A stretch of DNA of 64,000 nucleotides from Candidatus Ozemobacteraceae bacterium (GTDB taxonomy: Bacteria; Muiribacteriota; Ozemobacteria; Ozemobacterales; Ozemobacteraceae), in contig OZ223236.1 of NCBI GenBank assembly GCA_965140445.1, positions 2,112,001 to 2,176,000 on the forward strand, read 5' to 3'. Positions 48,048-56,893 of the stretch are shown here, one piece after another (position 1 is the stretch's first letter; every line of letters begins with the position of its first letter). A program made the translations under genes and the position numbers. The notes below the pieces were generated by a model. It made no database searches. It was not told the origin of the DNA and saw nothing but the letters and a program-made list of their open reading frames with translations.

Positions 48048-49772
48048 CTATTCTCCCATCAGTTTATTGAAAGCCATGAATTTACTTGCAATTTGGGTGG
48101 AGCAATTTTCTCTTTTGGCTTCCAGATAATCCAGCCACCTGATCAATCTTTTCTTTTTTAATTCTGAATAGGCTCTGTAATAAGCTGTATTAAAAAAATC
48201 AGGGCCAGTTTTTTCTATGTTACGAGATATTTTTTCCATTAACTTTTCAAGTGCATGTTTTTTGTTGAAAGCCAGCTTGTAAAGCCGATACCATTCTGGG
48301 TGGGTTTCCTTTAATAAAAAGCCAAGATATGCAATTCTGAAGCCTTTGTCCGTAGAAAAAGGGGCTTCAATTATTAATTTGTTAAGTGTTCTCATAAAAC
48401 CAAAATTCTTATCAGCGCCTTCCATTGCATTCAGAAAGGTTTGTTTTGAACCCTTTGGAATAATTATCCCTTGCAAAAACTCTTTAACGCCAATTGACTG
48501 ATTAATTCTTACTTCATTGTTTACCAGATTGCCCCTGAATTTTTCTTTCATAAAAACAAATCCGGGCTCTAGCTCTGGTGAGTCGTTTAATACTCCATAT
48601 TTACACAAGCTTTTATCTAGTAAGCTGAAGTAGTTAGATTTACGTGGTTCCTTCATCCATAATAAGCGCCGCAAATAGTTTGATCCAAAACCAGGCTGTT
48701 GAAACTTATTAATTGCAAACAGTCTCCCATTGCCATCATCCGTTGGATCTATGCTATAGCTAGGGTAGTATTGCGCTTCTTCAAGGCAATAAACTAACTT
48801 TGAAAAAATAAGCCTTGGACATGGGACATTTACTCTTGTTGTTTGCCATGGATCATCAAAATAGTTGATACCTGGTCCTATCGTTAAAAAAACGATATTA
48901 TTTTGTCCACTTCCAATATCGGTTTGGGCAACTCTTTTTGGGTTTAGTTTTACAAACGATGGTACCCATCCTCTTTTTGTTCTTTCATCTTGGGAATACA
49001 GGTATTCATCTTCGAGTAGTATTTTACTGATTAGTTTTGCGTCTTTATAGATTTTATCGTTCCAGTCTTTGACATTTTTATTTAGTGTAAGTTTATGAAT
49101 TGGGTAGAAAGATGATTTTGGAAAGTCTTTGTTTAATGGAGACTCAAAAAAGTAATTTACCAATCCATAATAATTGTCCCTGAGTAAAAAATATCGATTC
49201 TTCTTAACTTGTTTGCAAAGTTTGATTGGTTTTAAAAATGCTTTTTTTATGACTTTGGAAACATCTTTGTGATTGGTCATATCCTTTATCAGGATTTTGA
49301 GTTGAAGATAGCCTAGATCACTTGTAAATGATTCATTTGGCAGGCTTTTGTAAATGTAAGGGACAAAGACAACCTTTATTTCAGAATCTTTAAATTTAAG
49401 TCTGCTAACTTTTGCCATTCCTTTTTCGTAGAAAACTGAGCCATCTATTCGAAAGCCTTTGAATGGGGTAGGGCGACCGTTGATTATACTTTTGACCAAA
49501 TAGTTTGTTTGTATTGGAGTTAGTTTTCCGCGCAAAACAAAATATTTTTCATCAATTGAAGCCAGAAAATTTAATACAATTGGTCGCTCATAGTCCTCTG
49601 GGTTAGTAAGAAATATACTTAAGCACTTTTGTTTATCTGCAACTAATTCTTTTAATTGACTCGAAAGGATTTTTTGAGGAAAAAGCTTGTCAATTTCAAA
49701 TCCACCAGCCTGTAAGAAAGGAAGTTGAAAGCAAAGCAAAAAAAATGCAAAGATTCTGTATTTCCGGATCAT
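48048..49772 (-). CDS. Hypothetical exported protein
   Basis: 574-aa ORF with signal peptide, 4 nt from the next gene. Confidence 0.65.
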   Translation of the reverse strand: MIRKYRIFAFFLLCFQLPFLQAGGFEIDKLFPQKILSSQLKELVADKQKCLSIFLTNPEDYERPIVLNFLASIDEKYFVLRGKLTPIQTNYLVKSIINGRPTPFKGFRIDGSVFYEKGMAKVSRLKFKDSEIKVVFVPYIYKSLPNESFTSDLGYLQLKILIKDMTNHKDVSKVIKKAFLKPIKLCKQVKKNRYFLLRDNYYGLVNYFFESPLNKDFPKSSFYPIHKLTLNKNVKDWNDKIYKDAKLISKILLEDEYLYSQDERTKRGWVPSFVKLNPKRVAQTDIGSGQNNIVFLTIGPGINYFDDPWQTTRVNVPCPRLIFSKLVYCLEEAQYYPSYSIDPTDDGNGRLFAINKFQQPGFGSNYLRRLLWMKEPRKSNYFSLLDKSLCKYGVLNDSPELEPGFVFMKEKFRGNLVNNEVRINQSIGVKEFLQGIIIPKGSKQTFLNAMEGADKNFGFMRTLNKLIIEAPFSTDKGFRIAYLGFLLKETHPEWYRLYKLAFNKKHALEKLMEKISRNIEKTGPDFFNTAYYRAYSELKKKRLIRWLDYLEAKRENCSTQIASKFMAFNKLMGE

Positions 49773-49844
49773 ATTGCGCGCCTTGTTTTTTTATACAGGT
49801 TACTGTATGCGAAGTAAAAAAGTCCAGAAAGTAGAGCCCATGTG

Positions 49845-50255
49845 TTAATTGCCGGTTTTGTTTTGCAAGGTAAAACGTTTAATAACTTCCTTTGGAGGTC
49901 GAATGGGCTTTCTCTTTGCAGAATCAACAAATACGTGGGTGGTGTATCCATTTGCTATAAGAGTTTCACTTCGCCGAACTTCACAACTGATTTTGATTCT
50001 AGCCCCTTTTAACTCTTCAAACCAGGCTGAAATGGTCAAAAGGTCGTCGTAGTGGGATGGGCTGAAATAGTCGCAATGGGCTTCCTTTATAGGCAGCATA
50101 TAACCGAGGCTTTCAAGCTCAAAATAGGTAAAACCAGCTTCTCTCATTAACTCGTTTCTTGCTCTTTCAAAGTAAACCAGATAATTTGCATAATAAACAA
50201 CAGACATCTGGTCTGTGTCTGCATAAGGTACTCTGTATGAAATTTGTGTTTTCAT
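49845..50255 (-). CDS. Acyl-CoA thioesterase (YbgC/FadM hot-dog family)
   Basis: RVPYADTDQM.VVYYANYLVYFERAR and Y.SP..YDD motifs. Start at ATG 50255 after AAGGA, not the ORF-track start. Confidence 0.9.
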   Translation of the reverse strand: MKTQISYRVPYADTDQMSVVYYANYLVYFERARNELMREAGFTYFELESLGYMLPIKEAHCDYFSPSHYDDLLTISAWFEELKGARIKISCEVRRSETLIANGYTTHVFVDSAKRKPIRPPKEVIKRFTLQNKTGN

Positions 50256-50373
50256 TGGATCCTTCGCTTTAATGTATGATCTTCGACAGGCTAATTCTAA
50301 AAGAAAAACTTTGCAACCAATTCCTTGTAGAGTATCCTGAATACTAGGAAAGACAATAATCAGGAGAGAATTA

Positions 50374-51273
50374 ATGAAAATTCTAAAAGTGCTTTTTTTG
50401 GGAGCATGCATTTGTTTGCTGCCAACTAGCTTAGTTGCCCAGACCTCCACAGAAGATTATTCCCTTTTGAGCCAGGGTAATCTTGAGCCGCCTCCGCCAC
50501 CAGCGGGCTATGGTTCACCAATTCCCGAATTGGCCCCAGTTCAGCCACCATCTCCGCCAATGCTTCCCCAGAGAACTGGTTCAACGCCCCCCGCAGCAAA
50601 TTTCTCTGAAAAGTTTGTTCGCGCACCGAAGGGAACTGAATTTATTCAGGGAATCTCAATTGAACAGGAAAAGCGAGTGGCTAGATTGATTCGGTCTTTG
50701 TATACCTGTAGGACAGTTATAGACAATCCTGAAAGTGCAGCTCACTTAAGACGAATTTATAATATTGGAAATACTTGTACTGAAATCCTTGGTTTGGCTA
50801 AGTTTCCAGTGGCTACAAAATTTTCTGTCAGTTCAAGAGATCGTGTTATTAGAGATCGATCCTATGGAGCTGTTGAATATAGAAATTTTGGGGATTTTGA
50901 TCATCGTCTGAATGGCTGGGTAAAACCTATTAATACCGCTGTTTATGTAGATTTGATTTTTGAGGCTAAAGGACGCCGCCGAAGTCATGTGCGAGCACAA
51001 TTCACGCGCACAGGAACTTTTACAGGAACTTTTTATGCCTATGGATGGGATAAATATTCAAGACCATGGAAACTTCAGGGACAGTTGAAAGAAGTTTTAA
51101 CCCGCGATAATGGCTTACCATCAATGGGAAGCATGGAAATTTATGGTGCAGACCCCACTGGTAAAACAATGAAGCTCGCTTTAGATTTTCCAATAAGAAT
51201 AATTGGAATGAGAGATGCCCCTAGAAAACAAATCCGGCATCGCTATGGCGTGCCGGTTCATATCGGAAAATAA
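50374..51273 (+). CDS. Hypothetical exported protein with Pro-rich N-terminal linker
   Basis: AGGAG RBS, signal peptide, PPPPP tract and a beta-rich body. Confidence 0.65.
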   Translation: MKILKVLFLGACICLLPTSLVAQTSTEDYSLLSQGNLEPPPPPAGYGSPIPELAPVQPPSPPMLPQRTGSTPPAANFSEKFVRAPKGTEFIQGISIEQEKRVARLIRSLYTCRTVIDNPESAAHLRRIYNIGNTCTEILGLAKFPVATKFSVSSRDRVIRDRSYGAVEYRNFGDFDHRLNGWVKPINTAVYVDLIFEAKGRRRSHVRAQFTRTGTFTGTFYAYGWDKYSRPWKLQGQLKEVLTRDNGLPSMGSMEIYGADPTGKTMKLALDFPIRIIGMRDAPRKQIRHRYGVPVHIGK

Positions 51274-51288
51274 ATCTTAGAGAAATCG

Positions 51289-51317
51289 GGGAAGGGCGAT
51301 AATTAATCGCCCTTTCC
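51289..51317. terminator. GC-rich hairpin between convergent genes
   Basis: GGGAAGGGCGAT-aatta-ATCGCCCTTTCC (12 bp, one G-U on the + strand); no clear U tract. Confidence 0.5.
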
Positions 51318-51438
51318 ACATTGCGTTAAATTACATCTCGCATTGTGTTTTCCCCCTCCCTTATTTTTGCCCACCTCTTATTGTCTTATTTTCTTATTGC
51401 AGCACGAGGAGGGTAATTTGCGGGTTTGGAACGATAAA

Positions 51439-51819
51439 TCAGGCTTCGTTTTTCCAGAGGCCGTGAAGATTACAAAATTCGCGAACAGTTATTGGCGATT
51501 CGTTAATTGGGAAAAATGCTTCAGCTGGTTTTCCTGGGTTAAGAAATTCTGTGTATTTTTTGTTTCCGGCAATAACCTGAATCCATTCGATAAAATGTTT
51601 GTCTTCCATTGGATGTGGAACACTTCCAACTTTAACTTTGATTCCGCCATCAACTTTTTCAACTACAGGAACATGTTTTTCTACACTTGAATCAGCTGTT
51701 TTTTCTTCCAGTAAATTCATTTCCTGTCCACAGCAAACAAGTGCTGGAGCACCGGCGTGAACAACCTCTATTACATTGCCACAAAGTTCACATTTAAAAA
51801 CGTTATGAAGTTTGGTCAT
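51439..51819 (-). CDS. dfx: Desulfoferrodoxin (2Fe superoxide reductase)
   Basis: CELCGN..CCG centre I; EKHVP, HPM...H and CNLHG centre II ligands. Confidence 0.95.
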   Translation of the reverse strand: MTKLHNVFKCELCGNVIEVVHAGAPALVCCGQEMNLLEEKTADSSVEKHVPVVEKVDGGIKVKVGSVPHPMEDKHFIEWIQVIAGNKKYTEFLNPGKPAEAFFPINESPITVREFCNLHGLWKNEA

Positions 51820-51950
51820 TTGTTCGTCTCCTCTTAATTTTTTGTAAATATATCTAAACCTTAGTTTAAGGTCAAATGCTTAAATATTAATTTTTATCAT
51901 TTTGCCAAAAAATGTTACAATTACACTATACAGCAATTCAGGGGAAAAAT

Positions 51951-52544
51951 ATGCTAAAAAAAATATTCATGTTAGTTGTGTTGTCAGCTACTCTATCAGT
52001 GGTTTGTTTCGCTGCAGACCCTCAGAAAATAGAACTTACTGATCACAGTGTGATTTTTGGTACAGTGATAGAAATGAAAGATGGAAACTATAGGATAAAA
52101 ACTCCAGCTATGGGTGAAATAACTATAGAAGCAGACAAAATTCTTTCAATAAGAAATTCAAAAGTTTTGAGTGAAAGTCGTAATAGCTCAGAAGAAACAG
52201 CATTGACCCCGGAAATTAGAATTTCAGAAGGTAAAAGAAGCGCAACTAGAGCAAAGAGAAGAGAAGCACCTTCTAATAGTCAATCTCAAGCAAATACTTC
52301 TTCTGATAACTTGCATTTTCAACAGAAATCAATAAATTCAAGAGTACAATCAATGACTTCCGATGGAAACTTTTTAAATCAAATGATGGATTTAAGTGGA
52401 AGCTCGGAAATGGGGCAGGTAATGTCTGATCCAGAAATAATGGAAGCTATTTCAAATAATGACTATGACTTCCTTATGAATAATGACAAAATGAAAGAAT
52501 TGATGGATAGCGAAGGAATAAAGGATCTGCTTGGGGATTTTTAG
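51951..52544 (+). CDS. Exported protein with small N-terminal beta domain and C-terminal STI1-like Met-rich helices
   Basis: ATG 51951 after AGGGG; signal peptide; I.L.D...I.G....G.Y.I....MG...I....I.SI; C-terminal VMSDPEIMEAI..LMNN.KMKELM. Confidence 0.6.
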   Translation: MLKKIFMLVVLSATLSVVCFAADPQKIELTDHSVIFGTVIEMKDGNYRIKTPAMGEITIEADKILSIRNSKVLSESRNSSEETALTPEIRISEGKRSATRAKRREAPSNSQSQANTSSDNLHFQQKSINSRVQSMTSDGNFLNQMMDLSGSSEMGQVMSDPEIMEAISNNDYDFLMNNDKMKELMDSEGIKDLLGDF

Positions 52545-52621
52545 ATTAGATTAAAATAGATAAAATAAAAGCGCGTAAGTTTGGTTACCCTGGTCAGAAA
52601 AGGATACAAGAGGTATAAAAG

Positions 52622-53242
52622 ATGTTAGACCTGGGAAAAAAGTATACAGCTTTGGTTGTATTGTTTTTAACTATATTTGGAACTGTGACAGTCAATCTGA
52701 ATGCTGCTGATGAAACAAATGTGTTTAGAAAGACTGTTTCTTTTGATGAGCGCTTTTTAGATGTAAGAACATTTCTTCTGCGAGTTTGCAAGAAATACAA
52801 TTATTCCTTAATTATTAGTAAAGATGTTAGAAGTTCAAATAAAGAGATTATAGGAAGCAATATCGAGGAGATATTAGGCAACTATCTGAATCCAATGGGT
52901 CTAAGCTGGAAGCTTTTTGAGAACTGCATTTATGTGGCCAAAAAGAAGGACCTTGATTTCTTTTTTGAAAATCTTCCGGTTATGGAAATGGGAATTCCTG
53001 AAGGAAAAAAAGGAAAAACCTTTAGCGGTGAGTTTGAAGAAATAGATATTTCTCTGCTTTGTCATATTCTAAAAAGTATTTCCGGGGTTGATATAAGGGC
53101 AAGTGAAAACTTAAAGCAGGCAATTATGATGAGATCCGTTGATATGCCCTGGAAAAGAATTCTGGTGGCTTTAATTTACTTGAATAGATTTCGAATGATT
53201 CGCACAGATTTTTCTGTTTTGATTGCCCCCGAAGAACTCTGA
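52622..53242 (+). CDS. Exported protein with two secretin/TonB N-terminal (STN/N0)-like domains
   Basis: VSFD....DVR..L..V......LII..DV...L...L...GL.W......IYV, then F.EIDI..L...L...SGV.I......I......MPW..IL. No secretin barrel. Confidence 0.5.
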   Translation: MLDLGKKYTALVVLFLTIFGTVTVNLNAADETNVFRKTVSFDERFLDVRTFLLRVCKKYNYSLIISKDVRSSNKEIIGSNIEEILGNYLNPMGLSWKLFENCIYVAKKKDLDFFFENLPVMEMGIPEGKKGKTFSGEFEEIDISLLCHILKSISGVDIRASENLKQAIMMRSVDMPWKRILVALIYLNRFRMIRTDFSVLIAPEEL

Positions 53243-53283
53243 AATTATTAATTAATTTAAAACTCCTGCCGATACCAAGTGCT

Positions 53284-54678
53284 ATGAAACGCATACTACT
53301 TTCACTATGTCTATTTATTACTGGTTTAGCTGTAGTTGGCTTTACTTCAAGACCTTACAGCGATTTGGCAGAATATAAACGCTTGCCGATGAAAACCAGA
53401 ATTTTGCGCATGCAGAAAGCTGGTGAAGAACTTTTTCTTCGTAGGCGATATGAAGAAGCTCTAGTAGTGTTTCGCAATATTCTAAGTTTAGATAAAAAAA
53501 ATATGAGTGCAATGCTCTGGATTACAAAAGTTTCAGAGAAAAAACTTAGAGAAAAACAGCAGGAAGATAAAAAGGATCTTTATCGTCGCTATGGTCAATT
53601 GATTCCCAAAGAAATGACCTATCACAACTGGCATTGGGGTCCTTCAGCTGGGCATTTTGAAGTCAGATATTCCAAACCAAAGCCTTATGTACCTCCAGTG
53701 AGAAAAGTTCATCCAAAAGCAAGTGACGAACAGATAAAAGAAGCGGAGAAGCTTGCTGAATCAGGAAAGGCTGAAGATTTGTTTGAGCTTTCCATGAGAT
53801 ATTGGTCAAGAAGAATGACTGATAAGGCGGTAGCAGCCTTTTTTAAGGCAACTAAAGCTGACCCCATTATTCTGGCAAATGACGATGAGCTGCTATTAGC
53901 AACAGTGAGAGAAGAAATTGATAAAAAGATAGAAAGCGGTAAAGCTTCTCCGGTAGATTATTTTACCAGCGGAAAAATTGCAATGATTCAAGGTGACAGA
54001 AAGCTTGCTTCCAGTCATCTGATTAAAGCCGCAATGGGCGACAAGAAATTAAAAAGCGAAATTAATCCAATCATGCTGGATTTTGTTGAAAATGTAATTG
54101 CGAAAGAACAGCCGGTTCCAGCGGACATTTTTAGCTTTCGCCAGGCCTATGTTTATGAAAATCAACAGGATTTGATTTATCTTGATATTTCTCTGACCCC
54201 TAGAACAGATGGAACAATTATTCCCATTGATCTGTCGCTATCGCAAAAATCGGTTTCTAAAATTGAGATTGTTTCAGATGACGCTGTTTTTGCATATAGT
54301 CTAAAAGGCGTAGAAGATTCGTTGCGAATCTGGGTTGTATTAGCCGAAAAGGATTCAAGATTTGCACAATTTGACGTGAAGATGATTTTGCATATTGATA
54401 ACAAAGCGGCTCCATACGTTGAGCTTTCAAATTATAACCAGTCGGCGGAACAGCCGGACAACTGGGCTTTTGTAGTCGGCCCAGAAACTAGTTTTGGCGA
54501 AAGTTTTCCTAAGGGCGATCAAGAAAAACTTGATAAAGGTTTAAAAATTAGTGGTTTTCAGCTTGGACTTTATGATGGACGTGGACCAATGTTAGATCTG
54601 TCCAATTTTAAAAATCCTCTGCCAAGAAAAGTCAATATCTGGAAGCTTATAGAAAAGCAGATTGCTGATAGCTATTAG
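53284..54678 (+). CDS. Exported TPR-containing protein
   Basis: Signal peptide; GEELF..RRYEEAL..F..IL.LD..N TPR; beta-rich C terminus. Confidence 0.65.
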   Translation: MKRILLSLCLFITGLAVVGFTSRPYSDLAEYKRLPMKTRILRMQKAGEELFLRRRYEEALVVFRNILSLDKKNMSAMLWITKVSEKKLREKQQEDKKDLYRRYGQLIPKEMTYHNWHWGPSAGHFEVRYSKPKPYVPPVRKVHPKASDEQIKEAEKLAESGKAEDLFELSMRYWSRRMTDKAVAAFFKATKADPIILANDDELLLATVREEIDKKIESGKASPVDYFTSGKIAMIQGDRKLASSHLIKAAMGDKKLKSEINPIMLDFVENVIAKEQPVPADIFSFRQAYVYENQQDLIYLDISLTPRTDGTIIPIDLSLSQKSVSKIEIVSDDAVFAYSLKGVEDSLRIWVVLAEKDSRFAQFDVKMILHIDNKAAPYVELSNYNQSAEQPDNWAFVVGPETSFGESFPKGDQEKLDKGLKISGFQLGLYDGRGPMLDLSNFKNPLPRKVNIWKLIEKQIADSY

Positions 54679-54718
54679 AAAATTCGTTTTTCTGGAAAAT
54701 TGGCTGTAAGCTTTTTGG

Positions 54719-55075
54719 CTAAGCCACCCCAAATTTGCTCCTGAAAATGAAGAAAACTGCCCCCAATATGCATATTCCTGCGTAAATGAAATCGACTTTA
54801 AATGGTTCTTTCATGTAAAAAATGGAAAAGGGAACAAAAACCATTAAGGTTATTACTTCTTGTAAAATTTTTAGCTGGCCAAGGCTCAGATGTCCATAGC
54901 CAATTCTATTAGCGGGCACCTGCAGCAGATATTCAAATAAGGCTATTCCCCAGCTTATTATGGCTGCAATTATCCAGGGTTTTGAATTTAATTCTCTTAA
55001 GTGCCCATACCATGCAAACGTCATGAAAACATTGCTGCAAAATAGAAGAATAATTGTGCTAATTACTGGATTCAT
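54719..55075 (-). CDS. DMT family small membrane protein (DMT_6/DUF486-like)
   Basis: SNVFMTFAWYGHL, SWGIA.FEY.LQVPANRIG and QLKILQEVITL motifs. Confidence 0.9.
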   Translation of the reverse strand: MNPVISTIILLFCSNVFMTFAWYGHLRELNSKPWIIAAIISWGIALFEYLLQVPANRIGYGHLSLGQLKILQEVITLMVFVPFSIFYMKEPFKVDFIYAGICILGAVFFIFRSKFGVA

Positions 55076-55233
55076 TTTTGGTCCTTGCGCATAAATAGTA
55101 GTTTGAGAATGAGAGCTATTATCTCGTTAATTAAAGCTAATTTCAAGTAAAACTGGTGTCTGAAAAATGCGATTTCTTATTAAAGCTCCAATGATGTATC
55201 ATTAATTTATATGATTGCATTGGGAGACATTTA

Positions 55234-56826
55234 ATGAAGAAAATTCTCATTGCCGATGATAGCCGTACACTTCGAGAAATGCTGAAGTTTGAACTTGAAA
55301 AAATACCTGAGTATAAAGTTTATGAAGCTTCCAGTGGAGACGAGGTGCTTAGAAATGTTGAAGAAATACAGCCAGACTTGATTACTATGGATATTGACAT
55401 GCCTGGTAAGGATGGTTACGAGGTCTGTGCAGCATTAAAAAGCAGGGAAGACAGTATTTCTCGGATACCAATTATCTTTCTTACCGGCGAAGACACTCTT
55501 GAGGGAAGGCTTAGGGGACATAGGGTTGGTGGAGATGATTTTATTATAAAACCCTTTGTTCCGGGAGAACTGCATGCTGCTGTAGAAAAGCAATTGTATG
55601 ACAGGGACGAGATTTCAGGCGCTACGGTTTTGGTAGTTGATGATAGCTCTTTCATCAGAAAAATTCTTGAAAACTATCTCGCCGTAGAAGGAATAAAGGT
55701 AATTACCGTAGATCGTGGAGACGCCGCTTTAACAATGCTGCGAAGGATGATTACTCGGATTGATGCCATTATTACAGATTTCAACATGCCGGGGTTGAAT
55801 GGCGAAGAACTTTGCCGAGCCATTAGAGTGGATATTGGAGATAGGGATATCCCAATTGTTTTTGTTACAAGCAAAAAAGAAGTTACTGAAAAATTGTTTA
55901 ATGCCGGCGCTACTGACTTTTTGTTGAAGCCTTTTTCAAAAGAGGAATTATTGTCGAGAATTAAGGTTCATCTTAGAGTTATGATGACTAAAAGACTCCT
56001 ATATCAGAATCTAATAGATGTTAAAAAGCTTTCAAGAGAATTGGCAAATCAGAATTCTCAAATTGAAATTGCAAAATCTAGAATTGAAGAAAAAAATAAG
56101 CAAATTGAAGATGATTTAAAGATGGCTGGAGAATTTCAGCATGAGTATCTTGGGTTTAGCGAAATTCCGGATTTCCTCAAATTTAGTTCGAGATATAGAC
56201 CTCATACATACGTTTCTGGGGATTTCTATTTTGCCAGACCCAACTTGAATGGGGATTTCAACCTTATGATAGGGGATGTTGCCGGCCATGGAGTAGCTCC
56301 TGCTCTGGTTTCGGTGATGGCAAATACTCTGGTTGAAAAAATGAACGAGGAACCTTCTTTAAGTAACCTGATGAGCCGTTTAAATAATGATATTGGAAGA
56401 GTTATTCCAGATAATCGCTATTTAACAGCAGTATTTTTAAGAATTTCAAGTGATGGTTTACTTAGGATTACTAACGCTGGGCATCCGGGAGTAATCATTT
56501 TGTCTCAAAATCAAGATGAGGTAATTGTTCTTAAACCAGAAGGTGTTCCTTTGGGGATGTTCGAAAAGGAGCCAGAGGACTTCGAAGAAATGGAATATCA
56601 ACTAATGACCGGAGATAAAATCTTTTTATATACCGATGGAATAATTGAACAAACAAATAAAGATGGAGAATACTTTGGGCTAGATAAATTGGAAAACCTT
56701 CTATTAGAAAGCAAAAGCTGTGATCCAGATGCCATTCTGGCAAAGGTTTCCATGGAATTTAAAAAGTTTTTTGGTAGAGCCGAAATCAATGACGACATTA
56801 CTTTGATAGCAGTTGAGTATATTTAA
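55234..56826 (+). CDS. Response regulator with two REC domains and PP2C/SpoIIE phosphatase output
   Basis: REC1 (IADDS..DIDMP..KPF), REC2 (VVDDS..DFNMP..KPF), coiled coil, then SGDFY, GDVAGHG, NAGHP, YTDG, DDIT. Confidence 0.92.
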   Translation: MKKILIADDSRTLREMLKFELEKIPEYKVYEASSGDEVLRNVEEIQPDLITMDIDMPGKDGYEVCAALKSREDSISRIPIIFLTGEDTLEGRLRGHRVGGDDFIIKPFVPGELHAAVEKQLYDRDEISGATVLVVDDSSFIRKILENYLAVEGIKVITVDRGDAALTMLRRMITRIDAIITDFNMPGLNGEELCRAIRVDIGDRDIPIVFVTSKKEVTEKLFNAGATDFLLKPFSKEELLSRIKVHLRVMMTKRLLYQNLIDVKKLSRELANQNSQIEIAKSRIEEKNKQIEDDLKMAGEFQHEYLGFSEIPDFLKFSSRYRPHTYVSGDFYFARPNLNGDFNLMIGDVAGHGVAPALVSVMANTLVEKMNEEPSLSNLMSRLNNDIGRVIPDNRYLTAVFLRISSDGLLRITNAGHPGVIILSQNQDEVIVLKPEGVPLGMFEKEPEDFEEMEYQLMTGDKIFLYTDGIIEQTNKDGEYFGLDKLENLLLESKSCDPDAILAKVSMEFKKFFGRAEINDDITLIAVEYI

Positions 56827-56844
56827 GCTTAGTTTTTTTTCAAA

Positions 56845-56888
56845 AAAAAAGCGCCTGTTTCTAAAAGTTTTGAAACAGGCGCTTTTTT
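56845..56888. terminator. Bidirectional intrinsic terminator
   Basis: aaaaaaGCGCCTGTTTC-loop-GAAACAGGCGCtttttt between convergent genes. Confidence 0.85.
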
Positions 56889-56893
56889 AATGG

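Noticed and set aside
50256..50450. N-terminal extension of the thioesterase ORF in the ORF track
   Set aside because: It overlaps the divergent gene at 50374. Family homology and an RBS begin at ATG 50255.
51343..51690. 115-aa + strand ORF overlapping dfx
   Set aside because: It is antisense to a confident dfx gene, with a TTG start lacking an RBS and no motifs.
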